Assembly: GCA_035630035.1 (NCBI GenBank)
Contig: DASQLL010000055.1
Location: forward strand, 1-36,895
Origin: Pyrinomonadaceae bacterium
Lineage (GTDB): Bacteria > Acidobacteriota > Blastocatellia > Pyrinomonadales > Pyrinomonadaceae
Direction: 5' to 3'
Length of the DNA stretch: 36,895 nucleotides
A program made the position numbers and the translations under genes. Shown here one piece after another: positions 1 to 8,000 of the stretch. Below the pieces are notes generated by a model. That model made no database searches. It was not told where the DNA came from and saw only the letters and a program-made list of their open reading frames with translations. How positions within the stretch are numbered: position 1 is the first letter of the stretch; each line of letters starts with the position of its first letter.

Positions 1-48
1 GTTCCGATCATGTCCCGGCTCGCGCCTAAAACAGCCCCATCAAAATTC

Positions 49-69
49 GTTTCACGCGACGTTTCACGC
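49..69. repeat. Short tandem direct repeats upstream of the recombinase gene (possible protein-binding or att-proximal sites)
   Basis: GTTTCACGC occurs at 49-57 and 61-69 (12-bp period), with a degenerate GTTTTTCAC at 103-111. TTCCGAT(C/A)ATG occurs at 2-12 and 127-137. All lie in an AT-rich leader, unlike the rest of the window. Confidence 0.3.
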
Positions 70-233
70 CCTCTAATTTTATCACGTCGGGGATTAAACC
101 TCGTTTTTCACATTCTCTCACGGCAATTCCGATAATGGATATTTTGCGAATGACCTTATTGACTCCGCGGGCGAGATAAGACATGATTTGCCTTGATTTT
201 GCTCGCTAAATCCGTTCCGAGAGGCGCTCGCCC

Positions 234-1202
234 TTGTCTAGTGAAGCTCTGACCCCTGAAATCCTGCGTGGCGGGGAAGTCGCGGCGAAGAGGTTTGACC
301 CAAAGAGCGCGGCTCCCTTCGTCAACAAGTCAGTCTCTGAAGCAACTAGGCGCGCCTATGGGCGGGCGCTGCGGGAGTTCTTCCAGTCCGCCAGCATGAA
401 GCACCCCTCGGAGGTCGTGCCGCAGGACGTGCTGCTCTGGAGGGACAGGATGCGCTCTCGGAAGAAGAGTGCCGCGACAGTCGCCTTCAAGCTATCTGTC
501 GTCCGCTCATTCTTCGAGTACCTGAAGGCCGCCAGCGCAGTGCCGCTCAACCCGGCCTCGACCAAGCTGGTTTCGCCGCCCGAGCTGCCGTCGGAGCCGG
601 CGGGGCGTGCGCTCACGGCCAAAGAGGTGCGCTACCTGCTGGCGGGGCCTGACAGGGAGAAGCCGGAGGGGGCGAGGGACTACGCACTGATGCTCGTCAT
701 GCTGCGGCTCAGCTTGCGCGTATCCGAGGCCTGTTCTCTGCGCGCCTCCTCGGTGAAGTGGAGTCACGGCCGCTGGACTCTGAGGTGCAAGGTGAAAGGC
801 GGCAGGGAGGAGGTCTGGCCACTGCCGAAGGACGTGAAAGAGGCCATCGACAGTTACCTCCGCCTGGACCGTAAGCGGAGGGAGGTGAGCCACTCGGGCG
901 GCGAACACGCGCACCTCTTCCAGCCTCACACGAACTACCGGACGCTGGACTTCGACAAAGCACTCTCGACGAGGATGGCGCAGAAGATCGTCAAGCGATG
1001 GGCCGACTACGCGCGGCTCGGCGACCTCTCCCCTCACGACCTGCGCAGGACGGCGATCACCAGGGCGCTCGAAAGCGGTCTCTCCTACAGGCAGGTGCAG
1101 ATGATGAGCAAGCACAAGGACCCGAAGACTGTGATGCGCTACGACCACGGCAGGGAGAACCTTGACCAGAATGCCGTTAATTTCCTCGAATACGGCGAGT
1201 GA
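234..1202 (+). CDS. Tyrosine recombinase / phage-type integrase (XerC/XerD-like)
   Basis: 322-aa ORF with a TTG start at 234 and GAGAGG 9 nt upstream. N-terminal SAM-like core-binding region (SEATRRAYGRALREFF...VVRSFFEYL). C-terminal catalytic signature HDLRRTAIT...KHKDPKTVMRYDH (H-x-x-R ... Y). Confidence 0.9.
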   Translation: MSSEALTPEILRGGEVAAKRFDPKSAAPFVNKSVSEATRRAYGRALREFFQSASMKHPSEVVPQDVLLWRDRMRSRKKSAATVAFKLSVVRSFFEYLKAASAVPLNPASTKLVSPPELPSEPAGRALTAKEVRYLLAGPDREKPEGARDYALMLVMLRLSLRVSEACSLRASSVKWSHGRWTLRCKVKGGREEVWPLPKDVKEAIDSYLRLDRKRREVSHSGGEHAHLFQPHTNYRTLDFDKALSTRMAQKIVKRWADYARLGDLSPHDLRRTAITRALESGLSYRQVQMMSKHKDPKTVMRYDHGRENLDQNAVNFLEYGE

Positions 1203-1219
1203 TTTGAGGGCTATAACTC

Positions 1220-1420
1220 ATGGACGGTAGGGAGCGTAAGGACGTGAGGCCGGGGCTCACAGTCGACATTGTCCTGAAGCAGGACCAGCGCACCGGCAGG
1301 CTGACGCGCGGCGTCGTCAAAGACGTGTTGACGAAATCCCAGTTCCACCCGCACGGCATCAAGGTCAGGCTGGAGACGGGCGAGGTCGGCAGGGTTAAAG
1401 AAGTCGTCGCCGGAAGTTAG
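1220..1420 (+). CDS. ywbE: YwbE-family small conserved protein (DUF2196-like)
   Basis: 66 aa. RPGLTVDIVLKQDQRTGRLTRGVVKDVLTKSQFHPHGIKVRLETGEVGRVKEV closely matches the YwbE family pattern as I remember it. Confidence 0.75.
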   Translation: MDGRERKDVRPGLTVDIVLKQDQRTGRLTRGVVKDVLTKSQFHPHGIKVRLETGEVGRVKEVVAGS

Positions 1421-1474
1421 AGGGTCAGACTCACATTCAGAAGTGCGTAAACGAAAAGAGGGCCGGGGACGGCT

Positions 1475-1720
1475 ATGACCATCATCAGCGCGGACAAGGC
1501 ACCCACAAGGACTGTTCTGTTGGCGGGGGCGACGGGTCTGGTCGGGCGTGCCATCCTGGAGGGGCTGCTCTCCGACACATCGGTCGTGGCCGTCCACGCG
1601 CTCGGCAGACGCGCACCCGACCTCTCGCACCCTAAGCTCACCTCGCAAGTGGTTAACTTCGCCGCGCTGCCTCCGCTCCCTCCCGTAGGTCACCGGCGGG
1701 GAGAATTATGGCGTCGGTGA
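1475..1720 (+). pseudogene. N-terminal fragment of an NAD(P)-binding Rossmann-fold oxidoreductase/epimerase-like protein
   Basis: VLLAGATGLVGRAILEGLL is a GxxGxxG dinucleotide-binding motif. The ORF stops after about 80 aa, whereas such proteins are normally over 200 aa, and the tail GHRRGELWRR looks non-native. Confidence 0.5.
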
Positions 1721-1814
1721 CCGCTTTTGATGAAGTCGTGCGTGCCCGAACTGAAGACGCTGCTCTATGATGTTGGGCGGAAGAGATGAATAGTCAGGCG
1801 AGGTCTCGGAGCTT

Positions 1815-2177
1815 ATGAACGACGAAAGACCTGCGGTGAAAGAGTCGCCCATCGCCTGCGACATGAGCGCCATCGAGCCAAGCCAGAGGGCGCGACACGT
1901 CGCCGCGGCCGGCGAGCTGTTCCGCGCCGTCATGGAGATCAGGGAACTGCCGGGCGGTTACGCCTTCCGCCTGCCCGCAGGGGCCGACACTCTACTCAAG
2001 GCCGCGGAGTTCGTCTCCCTCGAACGGCTCTGCTGCCCGTTCCTGGGCTTCATGCTGGAGGTGGAGCCGGAGGGCGGCCCCGCCTGGCTGCGGCTGACCG
2101 GGCGCGAAGGCGTCAAGGCTTTCATCCGCGAGGAGGTCGGCGGCCTCCTCGGCGGCGCCATCGACTGGGCGGCATAG
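1815..2177 (+). CDS. Hypothetical protein (120 aa)
   Basis: ATG start with GGAG upstream. Compositionally normal ORF with a CCPF motif (ERLCCPFLGFMLEVEPEGGPAWLRLTG). I recognise no family. Confidence 0.5.
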   Translation: MNDERPAVKESPIACDMSAIEPSQRARHVAAAGELFRAVMEIRELPGGYAFRLPAGADTLLKAAEFVSLERLCCPFLGFMLEVEPEGGPAWLRLTGREGVKAFIREEVGGLLGGAIDWAA

Positions 2178-2187
2178 GTACACGATT

Positions 2188-2528
2188 GTGGGGGGCACGT
2201 TGGAGACCGTCTTGGTGTCTTGGAGCGGCGGCAAGGATAGCTGCCTCGCGCTCTACAAGCTTCTGCACTCGGGCGAGTACAGGGTCGCGGCGCTGCTGAC
2301 GACCGTCACGAGTGCCTACGACCGCGTCCAGATGCACGGCGTCCGGCGCGCGCTGCTAGAACGCCAGGCCGCGAGCCTCGGGCTGCCGCTGCGCCAAGTG
2401 CCCGTCCCCGCCGGCGCGACCAACGAGGAGTACGAGCGGGCGACCGCCGAAGGGTTGCGTTGCGTCTATGAAGCAGGCAGTGTACGTCAAGTGAATTCCG
2501 CGCACACCTCTCTCACCCAGCCAGCGGC
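2188..2528 (+). pseudogene. PP-loop ATP pyrophosphatase (MJ0570/Dph6-related adenine-nucleotide alpha-hydrolase), 3'-truncated at the IS3 insertion
   Basis: N-terminal SWSGGKDS PP-loop (SGGxDS) motif. Only about 95 plausible residues remain before the frame reads into junction sequence and then the IS3 inverted repeat at 2529. Full-length family members are roughly twice as long. Confidence 0.65.
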
Positions 2529-2566
2529 TGACATGGTCAAGTTAATCTGGACACAACCCTCTCGCT
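2529..2566. repeat. IS3 terminal inverted repeat (orfB-proximal end)
   Basis: TGACATGGTCAAGTTAATCTGGACACAACCCTCTCGCT matches the reverse complement of 3711-3748 at 30 of 38 positions (hand aligned). Confidence 0.75.
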
Positions 2567-3409
2567 GCTTTCTCCCTTCGTTTTGATGTTGATTTCTCGC
2601 TCGAACTCATCAGGGCTTTTGTAGCCCAGTGCTGAGTGACATCGCACCCGGTTGTAATAACCTTCGATGTAACTGAAGGTTTCATTCCTAGCCTGACTCA
2701 CATCCTCGAACGCGCCGCCTTCCAGCAACTCGGCCTTGTAGCGCGAGAAGAAACTCTCGGCCTGTGCGTTATCGTAGCAGTTGCCCCGCCTCGACATGCT
2801 CTGGCGACATCCGTGAGCCTTCAACAACGCGCGAAAGCTGTTCGACACGTACTGGCTACCCTGATCCGTATGGATGATCGTGCCGCTCTCGACGCTGCCG
2901 CTTTTGATTGCTTTCTCAAACGCCTTAATGATTAACTCTTCTGTCATCCTCGCCTCGACCGCCCAGCCGACGATGCGCTTGGTGAACTTATCTTGCCAGC
3001 TCGCCAAGTATCCCCACCGACCTGTTTGCAGCGGCAGGTAAGTGATGTCGCCCACGATCACCTCGCGCGGTTTCTGCGGCGCGTTCCGAACGTCGAGCAG
3101 CAGGTTCGGCGCGGGCACGACCCCATGCCGCGAGTCGGTCGTGTGCGGCACGAACGAGCGTGGCCGGATAGCTTTCAACTCCTGACGTCGCATCAACGTC
3201 CGCACCGCACATCGCCCGGCTCGATCTCCTTGTGCTTTCAGCTCGGCGGCGATGCGACGCGCGCCATAGCGCCGACGATGAAGATAAAACAGCTCTTTGA
3301 CTCGCGCGGCCAGCGCTGCCTTCCGCGGGCTGAGCGCGTAACTCTTACCACTCGCGCAGGCGTAATAAGCGCTTACCGATACCCGCATCACACGACATAA
3401 TATCCGCAC
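2537..3409 (-). CDS. IS3-family transposase OrfB (DDE integrase core), probably expressed as an OrfAB fusion by -1 frameshift
   Basis: rve-type motifs: VGDITYL, IIHTDQGSQY, NCYDNAQAESFF. The orfB frame stays open upstream to the slippery site at 3481-3487, reading GGAYLRQKRVKRYRFIAVERNCYPVRILCRV. Confidence 0.92.
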   Translation of the reverse strand: MRILCRVMRVSVSAYYACASGKSYALSPRKAALAARVKELFYLHRRRYGARRIAAELKAQGDRAGRCAVRTLMRRQELKAIRPRSFVPHTTDSRHGVVPAPNLLLDVRNAPQKPREVIVGDITYLPLQTGRWGYLASWQDKFTKRIVGWAVEARMTEELIIKAFEKAIKSGSVESGTIIHTDQGSQYVSNSFRALLKAHGCRQSMSRRGNCYDNAQAESFFSRYKAELLEGGAFEDVSQARNETFSYIEGYYNRVRCHSALGYKSPDEFEREINIKTKGESSERVVSRLT

Positions 3410-3450
3410 CGGATAACAGTTTCTCTCGACCGCGATAAATCGATAACGCT

Positions 3451-3699
3451 TTACCCGCTTCTGCCGAAGATAAGCGCCGCCTTTTTTAATATGTCGCGCT
3501 CCATCTCCAGCTCACGGACACGCTTCTTCAATGCCAGCACCTCGCGCTCCGAGTCGGAACTAGCCTCGACTGCCTGCCGCTTCCAATTGTGAAGTAGACT
3601 CTCGGCACAGCCTAACTCGCGTGCGACTGAAGCCACTGATTGCCCGTCGTGAATCTTGCGGATGGCTTCACGCTTGAACTCGTCGTCGTATTTCCTCAT
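3451..3699 (-). CDS. IS3-family transposase OrfA (HTH DNA-binding)
   Basis: 82 aa. MRKYDDEFKREAIRKI...SVASVARELGCAESLLHNWKRQ is a typical IS3/IS911 OrfA HTH, followed by a leucine-zipper-like LKKRVRELEMERDILKKA. Confidence 0.9.
   Translation of the reverse strand: MRKYDDEFKREAIRKIHDGQSVASVARELGCAESLLHNWKRQAVEASSDSEREVLALKKRVRELEMERDILKKAALIFGRSG
3481..3487 (-). promoter_or_regulatory. Programmed -1 ribosomal frameshift heptamer A_AAA_AAG
   Basis: The minus strand reads ATA TTA AAA AAG GCG in the orfA frame. The -1 frame from here is continuous with orfB (frame arithmetic checked). Confidence 0.8.
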
Positions 3700-3710
3700 T
3701 CGCTTATTCT

Positions 3711-3748
3711 AGCGAGAGTTTTGTGTCCGGTTAAATTAGACCATCTCA
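3711..3748. repeat. IS3 terminal inverted repeat (orfA-proximal end)
   Basis: Its reverse complement TGAGATGGTCTAATTTAACCGGACACAAAACTCTCGCT pairs with 2529-2566. Confidence 0.75.
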
Positions 3749-3833
3749 TATCAAAGTGAGGCGACCAGGGTGCTCTCCGACGCCGAGATGAACTTCCTGC
3801 TCGGGGTCGTCAGAGTTTCGAAGGCGGGACAGG

Positions 3834-4622
3834 TTATAAGAACTCGCGCCTGAGTGGTTCTTCAAAGACGGCGACGGCTTCCCCTTGATGCGCCGCGGTG
3901 TCGCGGGCGACGTTGAGGTTCGCGGCCGCGTGGGGGTAGTCGGGCGCGGCGGCCAGGACGGCTTCGAGTTCCTCGACGGCCTCGGCCGCGCGCCCCTGTT
4001 GCAGTCGCGTCAATCCCAGGTGGTAGCGCGCGGGGACGTGCGTGGCGTCGAGCGCCAGCGCCCTCTCGAACAGTCGGGCTGCGCGCGCGAGGTCGTTGCG
4101 GAAGAAGTAGCCGACGCCGAGGGCGGTCGCCCCCTCCGCGTCGTCGGGCTCAAGGTGTTCGGCGGCGGCGGCGAACGCCTCCGCGGCCTCTTCGCACGAG
4201 CCCTCACTCATTAGCAGCAACCCGAGGTTGTGCCACGCCTCCCCGTCCGTCAGCTCAAGTTCGAGGTAGAGACGGTAGGCGGCAATCGCCTCGTCGGCGC
4301 GCCCCACGAGCTGGTAGAGCACGGCGAGGTTGCGGTACGACTTCGGGTACTCGGGGGCGACCTCGACCGCGCGCAGGTATGCGTCCCGCGCCTCCGTCAG
4401 ACGGCTCAGCACGAACAGCGCGTTGCCGAGGTTGTTGAGGACGATGGGGTTTTCCGGCTTCAAATGCAGCGCCCGCTTAAAGCGAGCGACGGCCTCTTCA
4501 TACGCTCCTACGGACAGGAGTTGACAGCCGTGCAGGTTCTCCGATAGCACGGCCTCCTCGCCGGCAAGAGAAGCGCCGGGACGCACCGGTGACGAAACTG
4601 TTTCAGGAGATGGCTTCTTCAT
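3834..4622 (-). CDS. Tetratricopeptide-repeat (TPR) protein, last gene on the operon strand
   Basis: 262 aa with serial TPR-like units (AYEEAVARFKRALHLKPENPIVLNNLGNA; ARDAYLRAVEVAPEYPKSYRNLAVLY; EAIAAYRLYLELELTDGEAWHNLG). It lies 21 nt downstream of the preceding gene. No clear SD. Confidence 0.8.
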   Translation of the reverse strand: MKKPSPETVSSPVRPGASLAGEEAVLSENLHGCQLLSVGAYEEAVARFKRALHLKPENPIVLNNLGNALFVLSRLTEARDAYLRAVEVAPEYPKSYRNLAVLYQLVGRADEAIAAYRLYLELELTDGEAWHNLGLLLMSEGSCEEAAEAFAAAAEHLEPDDAEGATALGVGYFFRNDLARAARLFERALALDATHVPARYHLGLTRLQQGRAAEAVEELEAVLAAAPDYPHAAANLNVARDTAAHQGEAVAVFEEPLRREFL

Positions 4623-4643
4623 CGCCGGAACGACAGGGGAGGT

Positions 4644-5039
4644 TCATCTACTCGCCCTGACCAGGTGGGAAAGCTCCCGGTCGTCAACGCCCTGTGTTAT
4701 CAAGTGGAGGCATTTTTCAATGGCGGCCCGAATTTCCCGGCGGTCCGCAGATTCGATTGTCGCCAGGATGTTATTCCAATCCCTCCGAATCACGACAAGG
4801 CGGTAGCTCCCCTGTGGGTCGGAATCAGGATACCACCCGAGGTCTAACAGGTGTCCCTCCGGGTTGAGAGCCCAGCGCTCGCCGTCGTTTCTCATGCTCT
4901 GAATCCACAAGAGACCTATGGTGTAAAACTGGTCGTTGACAATCCGACCGTCAAGTACGATTGGGTCTTCGTCTCCGAAATGGTTAATCATGACGGCCCA
5001 CCCACTAGGGATTTGTAACGGAACCAATGAACGGCTCAT
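4644..5039 (-). CDS. Small protein immediately downstream of effector 2; candidate cognate immunity protein
   Basis: 131 aa. The ATG lies 7 nt after the effector stop, with GAGGTGA overlapping that stop. Lower GC than the structural genes. No family recognised; the role is inferred from position only. Confidence 0.55.
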   Translation of the reverse strand: MSRSLVPLQIPSGWAVMINHFGDEDPIVLDGRIVNDQFYTIGLLWIQSMRNDGERWALNPEGHLLDLGWYPDSDPQGSYRLVVIRRDWNNILATIESADRREIRAAIEKCLHLITQGVDDRELSHLVRASR

Positions 5040-5046
5040 AGAATTT

Positions 5047-8000
5047 TCACCTCGTCAGACGCGGGTGTGAATGAATCTCCGGTGTGCCGCTGCCCACGTT
5101 CGTCATTTCGGCCCGGATTAAGAAGGCGTCCTTCCCTTTGTCGTAGCCGATCTGCTCGTTGAAGGTCTTAAACGCCCAGTACCCGTCAGCACCTCTCTCT
5201 ACAATGTCTCCCGTCAGGAAAGCATCTTTTTCAAGTCTCTCCACGTCGGCGGCGGTTAACGAGTATAGGAATTGCCCGTTACCTGTACCCTTCTCCTTCG
5301 TGCTCGACTCTCGCCGCTCATCTTCCGAGTTACCCCGCCAGTGTTTCGCGCCGGTGTAGTCGGCGGGCTTCGTGTGGTGGGCTTTCTTCAACAGCTCCGC
5401 GACCTTTTCCTTCAAGGTCGGTGTCGCTGTTGTCGTTGTCGTTGACTCGGTTAAGAGTTCTTCGATGTCGGTTGTCTTCCACCTCTTACCGTACGCCTCA
5501 ATCGCGTCCTTCAGCTCAACGAAGGCTTCTTCGAACCCCGGTATCTGATTCAGCTTCTTTGTCGGGTCCGTTCCGGTCTGGATGGCTTTGCCCTGAAGAG
5601 TTTTAGCCATGCTGCCGAGCCATTTGAGATCGTCTATCTGTCCCGTGCCCTGGGCTTCGGGATTCACCTTCATCATCTTACCGACGGCTCTCCCGATCTT
5701 GTTGGATAATAAATCCCGCTTCGACTCGAATTCCACCTTGGGCCGTGCGCCGGGAGTTACGATCAGCCTGTGCTGAGTCCCCATCATGGTGACCGGTTTT
5801 TCCGTAGGCCCGTCAGGCGTGGCCTCTTTACCCCCGCCTTTCTTTTCCGAGTCCGCGCCGCCCGGCCCCTTGAGGTCTTTATCTTCCGACTTCTTCCCGT
5901 CCTGAATGGCCTTCTTCTTGTAGTCCTCAACCTTCTTCCCGTCGGCGGTCGTGGCCTTGTCGTCAACGTCCTTCTTGCCGCCCTTGCCGCCGCCGGACTG
6001 GGTAGTTGACTTGGCGGCGGTCTGCTCGCCGAGTTCGCCGGGCTTGGCGTCGCCCTTGCTGCCGCCTGTGGGAACCTCTGCGTCTTTGGTGTTCTTCTCC
6101 TTCCACTCGCCCTTCTTGTCGCCCTCCTCCGCCGACTTCGACTTGACCTTGTCGTGGTAGAGGTCGGACATGAACTTGTCGGCGGAGAAGTCCACGGGCT
6201 TGAACTCGATGGCGGGCCACTGCTTCGAGCCGAAGACGTAGTCCACGGAGGCGACCATGCCGAAGCTGCCGCCGATGGGGTACTCCTTGTCGAAGAGCGG
6301 CCACGTCCACCTCTTATCCGAGAGGGGCGACCACCACGGCGTATCTATTTCGACGAAGAGTTCGCCGCTTAGACCGAGGAAGGGCTGCGCCGCGATCTCC
6401 AGGTCGCCGCGGATGAAGAACTCGCCCTTCTTGTCCTCGCCGGGCGCGCCCTTCTCGCGGTAGCCGATGGTGGGAGTGGCCTCGGCGTAAGCCTTGATGC
6501 CCGCGATGCCGCTCAGCCCCGCGCCGGCCTTGATGTCGTGGCCGAGGATTTCCAGCCCCACGCCCGCCTGTGCGGTCAGACGCAGGCCCGCAGCCGCCGA
6601 GATGTTGATGCTGCCGCTGATGCTGAAGTCCTTGTTCTCTTCCGGGTTGGTCGAGTACGTGCCCTCGACGACGATGTTGTAGAACTTGGCCGGGCCGAGC
6701 TTGGCGAAGGCGTCCATCCCGACGTTGGCGAAGATGAAGACGTTGCCGACGACGGGGATGCCGTAGGCGGCGCGCGCCTCGAACTTGAAGAGCGGCTTGA
6801 TGAAGTCCTTCTGCTCGAACAGCTCGAACTCTTTCTGCGGCGTGATCTTGCCGATGATGGTGACGAAGCCCTCCGGATCGACGATGACGTGCGCCGTCCC
6901 GTTGAGCCACTCGTTGAAGGCGAAGGTGAGGTCGCCCTCGCCGAAGACGACGTAACTCATGTTCTTCGGCTTCGGCGGGGCCTTCGTCGGCTTCTCGGCG
7001 GCCGGCCCCTTGTCTCCCTCCGCCGGGGGCGCTTTCTTCTCCTTTTGGAGCCGCGCGGCCTCGCCCTTCTCCATCAGCCGCAGCGTCACTTCGCCCGACA
7101 TCTTCTCGCTCTGGTAGCCGACCTTGCCCTCGCCCGTGATGGCGCTCCCGTCCCACGCCATGTCCACCCCGCCCGTGAAATTCCCCTTCTTCAGGGCCAG
7201 CTTCACGTTGCCCTGACCGGTGAAGAGTCCCTCCTTGTTGCGCGCCAGTTTGATCTCGCCCTCAGCCAGCCCCGTCACTACGACTTTGGCGTGTCCCTCA
7301 AACGAATCCACTTTCTCGTCAGTCACCTTCAGGGTGAATCCGCCGCTGAATGGCCCCAACCCGATGGTCGCGTTTTCCACGGAGAGGTGCAGATGACCGG
7401 CATCGATTTTGTTGTTTAGCGTCAACTTCGGTATGTTGATGCCGGCCATGCCGATCAGCACTGGGGCCTTCTCGATGTAGTCCTCAATCTTCGTACCGGA
7501 AAGCTTGGCCTCGGCGGCGAGGCCGACGTGGCCCGTGAGTTGATTCTTAGTGAGCTTGACGACGAGGCTCGGCCGAAGGCCGCCCTCGGCATCGCCGACG
7601 TTCGCGAAGAGCGGGTGGATTAGCGGGAGCGGCTGGGCGTTAACTTCGTGGAGGTTGTCCTTCGACTTTTTGACTTTGAGATCGCCCTCCGCGATCCCGC
7701 CGAAGCGCGCCCTGACGCTCACCTCCTTGCCCTTGTGCTCTTCGAGGAACTCCTTGATGGGTGAAGGCGGGTTGAAATCCTTCATACCCTTGAGTTCGAG
7801 CACGCCGGGCGCGGCATCGAGGGGCTTCCCGCTCGCCTTCTTCTTCGTATCCTTCGCCGGCGCGGGCCGGAGCGTGTCGCTCTCCTTGCGGCTGACGGTC
7901 GGCGACGGCTGCGCCGCCCCGGAAGCGCCGGGGGAGGTCTGCTGGACGACGTGCGTCAGCTCGTGCGCCATCAGCCGCGTGTCGTTCTCCGACTCGCCGC

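Larger units (their letters stand above)
2529..3748 (-). mobile_element. IS3-family insertion sequence (1220 bp), apparently intact
   Basis: Bounded by TGA...TCA imperfect inverted repeats. Contains orfA (HTH) and orfB (DDE/rve) in a -1 frame relationship with an A_AAA_AAG slippery site. Confidence 0.9.

Noticed and set aside
1-30. Possible 3' end of a tRNA gene (GTTCCGATCATGT...) as an integration target next to the integrase.
   Set aside because: The putative T-loop TTCCGAT violates the TTCRANY consensus (C at the purine position). Only a fragment is present and there is no CCA or clear acceptor pairing. It cannot be supported from this window.
1211-1693. Minus-strand ORFs 1211-1693, 1417-1641 and 1706-1933 overlapping the ywbE-like gene and neighbours.
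   Set aside because: They overlap a confidently recognised plus-strand gene or gene fragments and show no motifs or SD.
3749-3833. Rho-independent terminator after the TPR gene, and short coding remnant VLSDAEMNFLLGVV on the plus strand.
   Set aside because: I found no GC-rich hairpin followed by a T-tract on the minus strand. The plus-strand remnant is too short to assign and might be the displaced 3' end of a disrupted gene, which is unproven.
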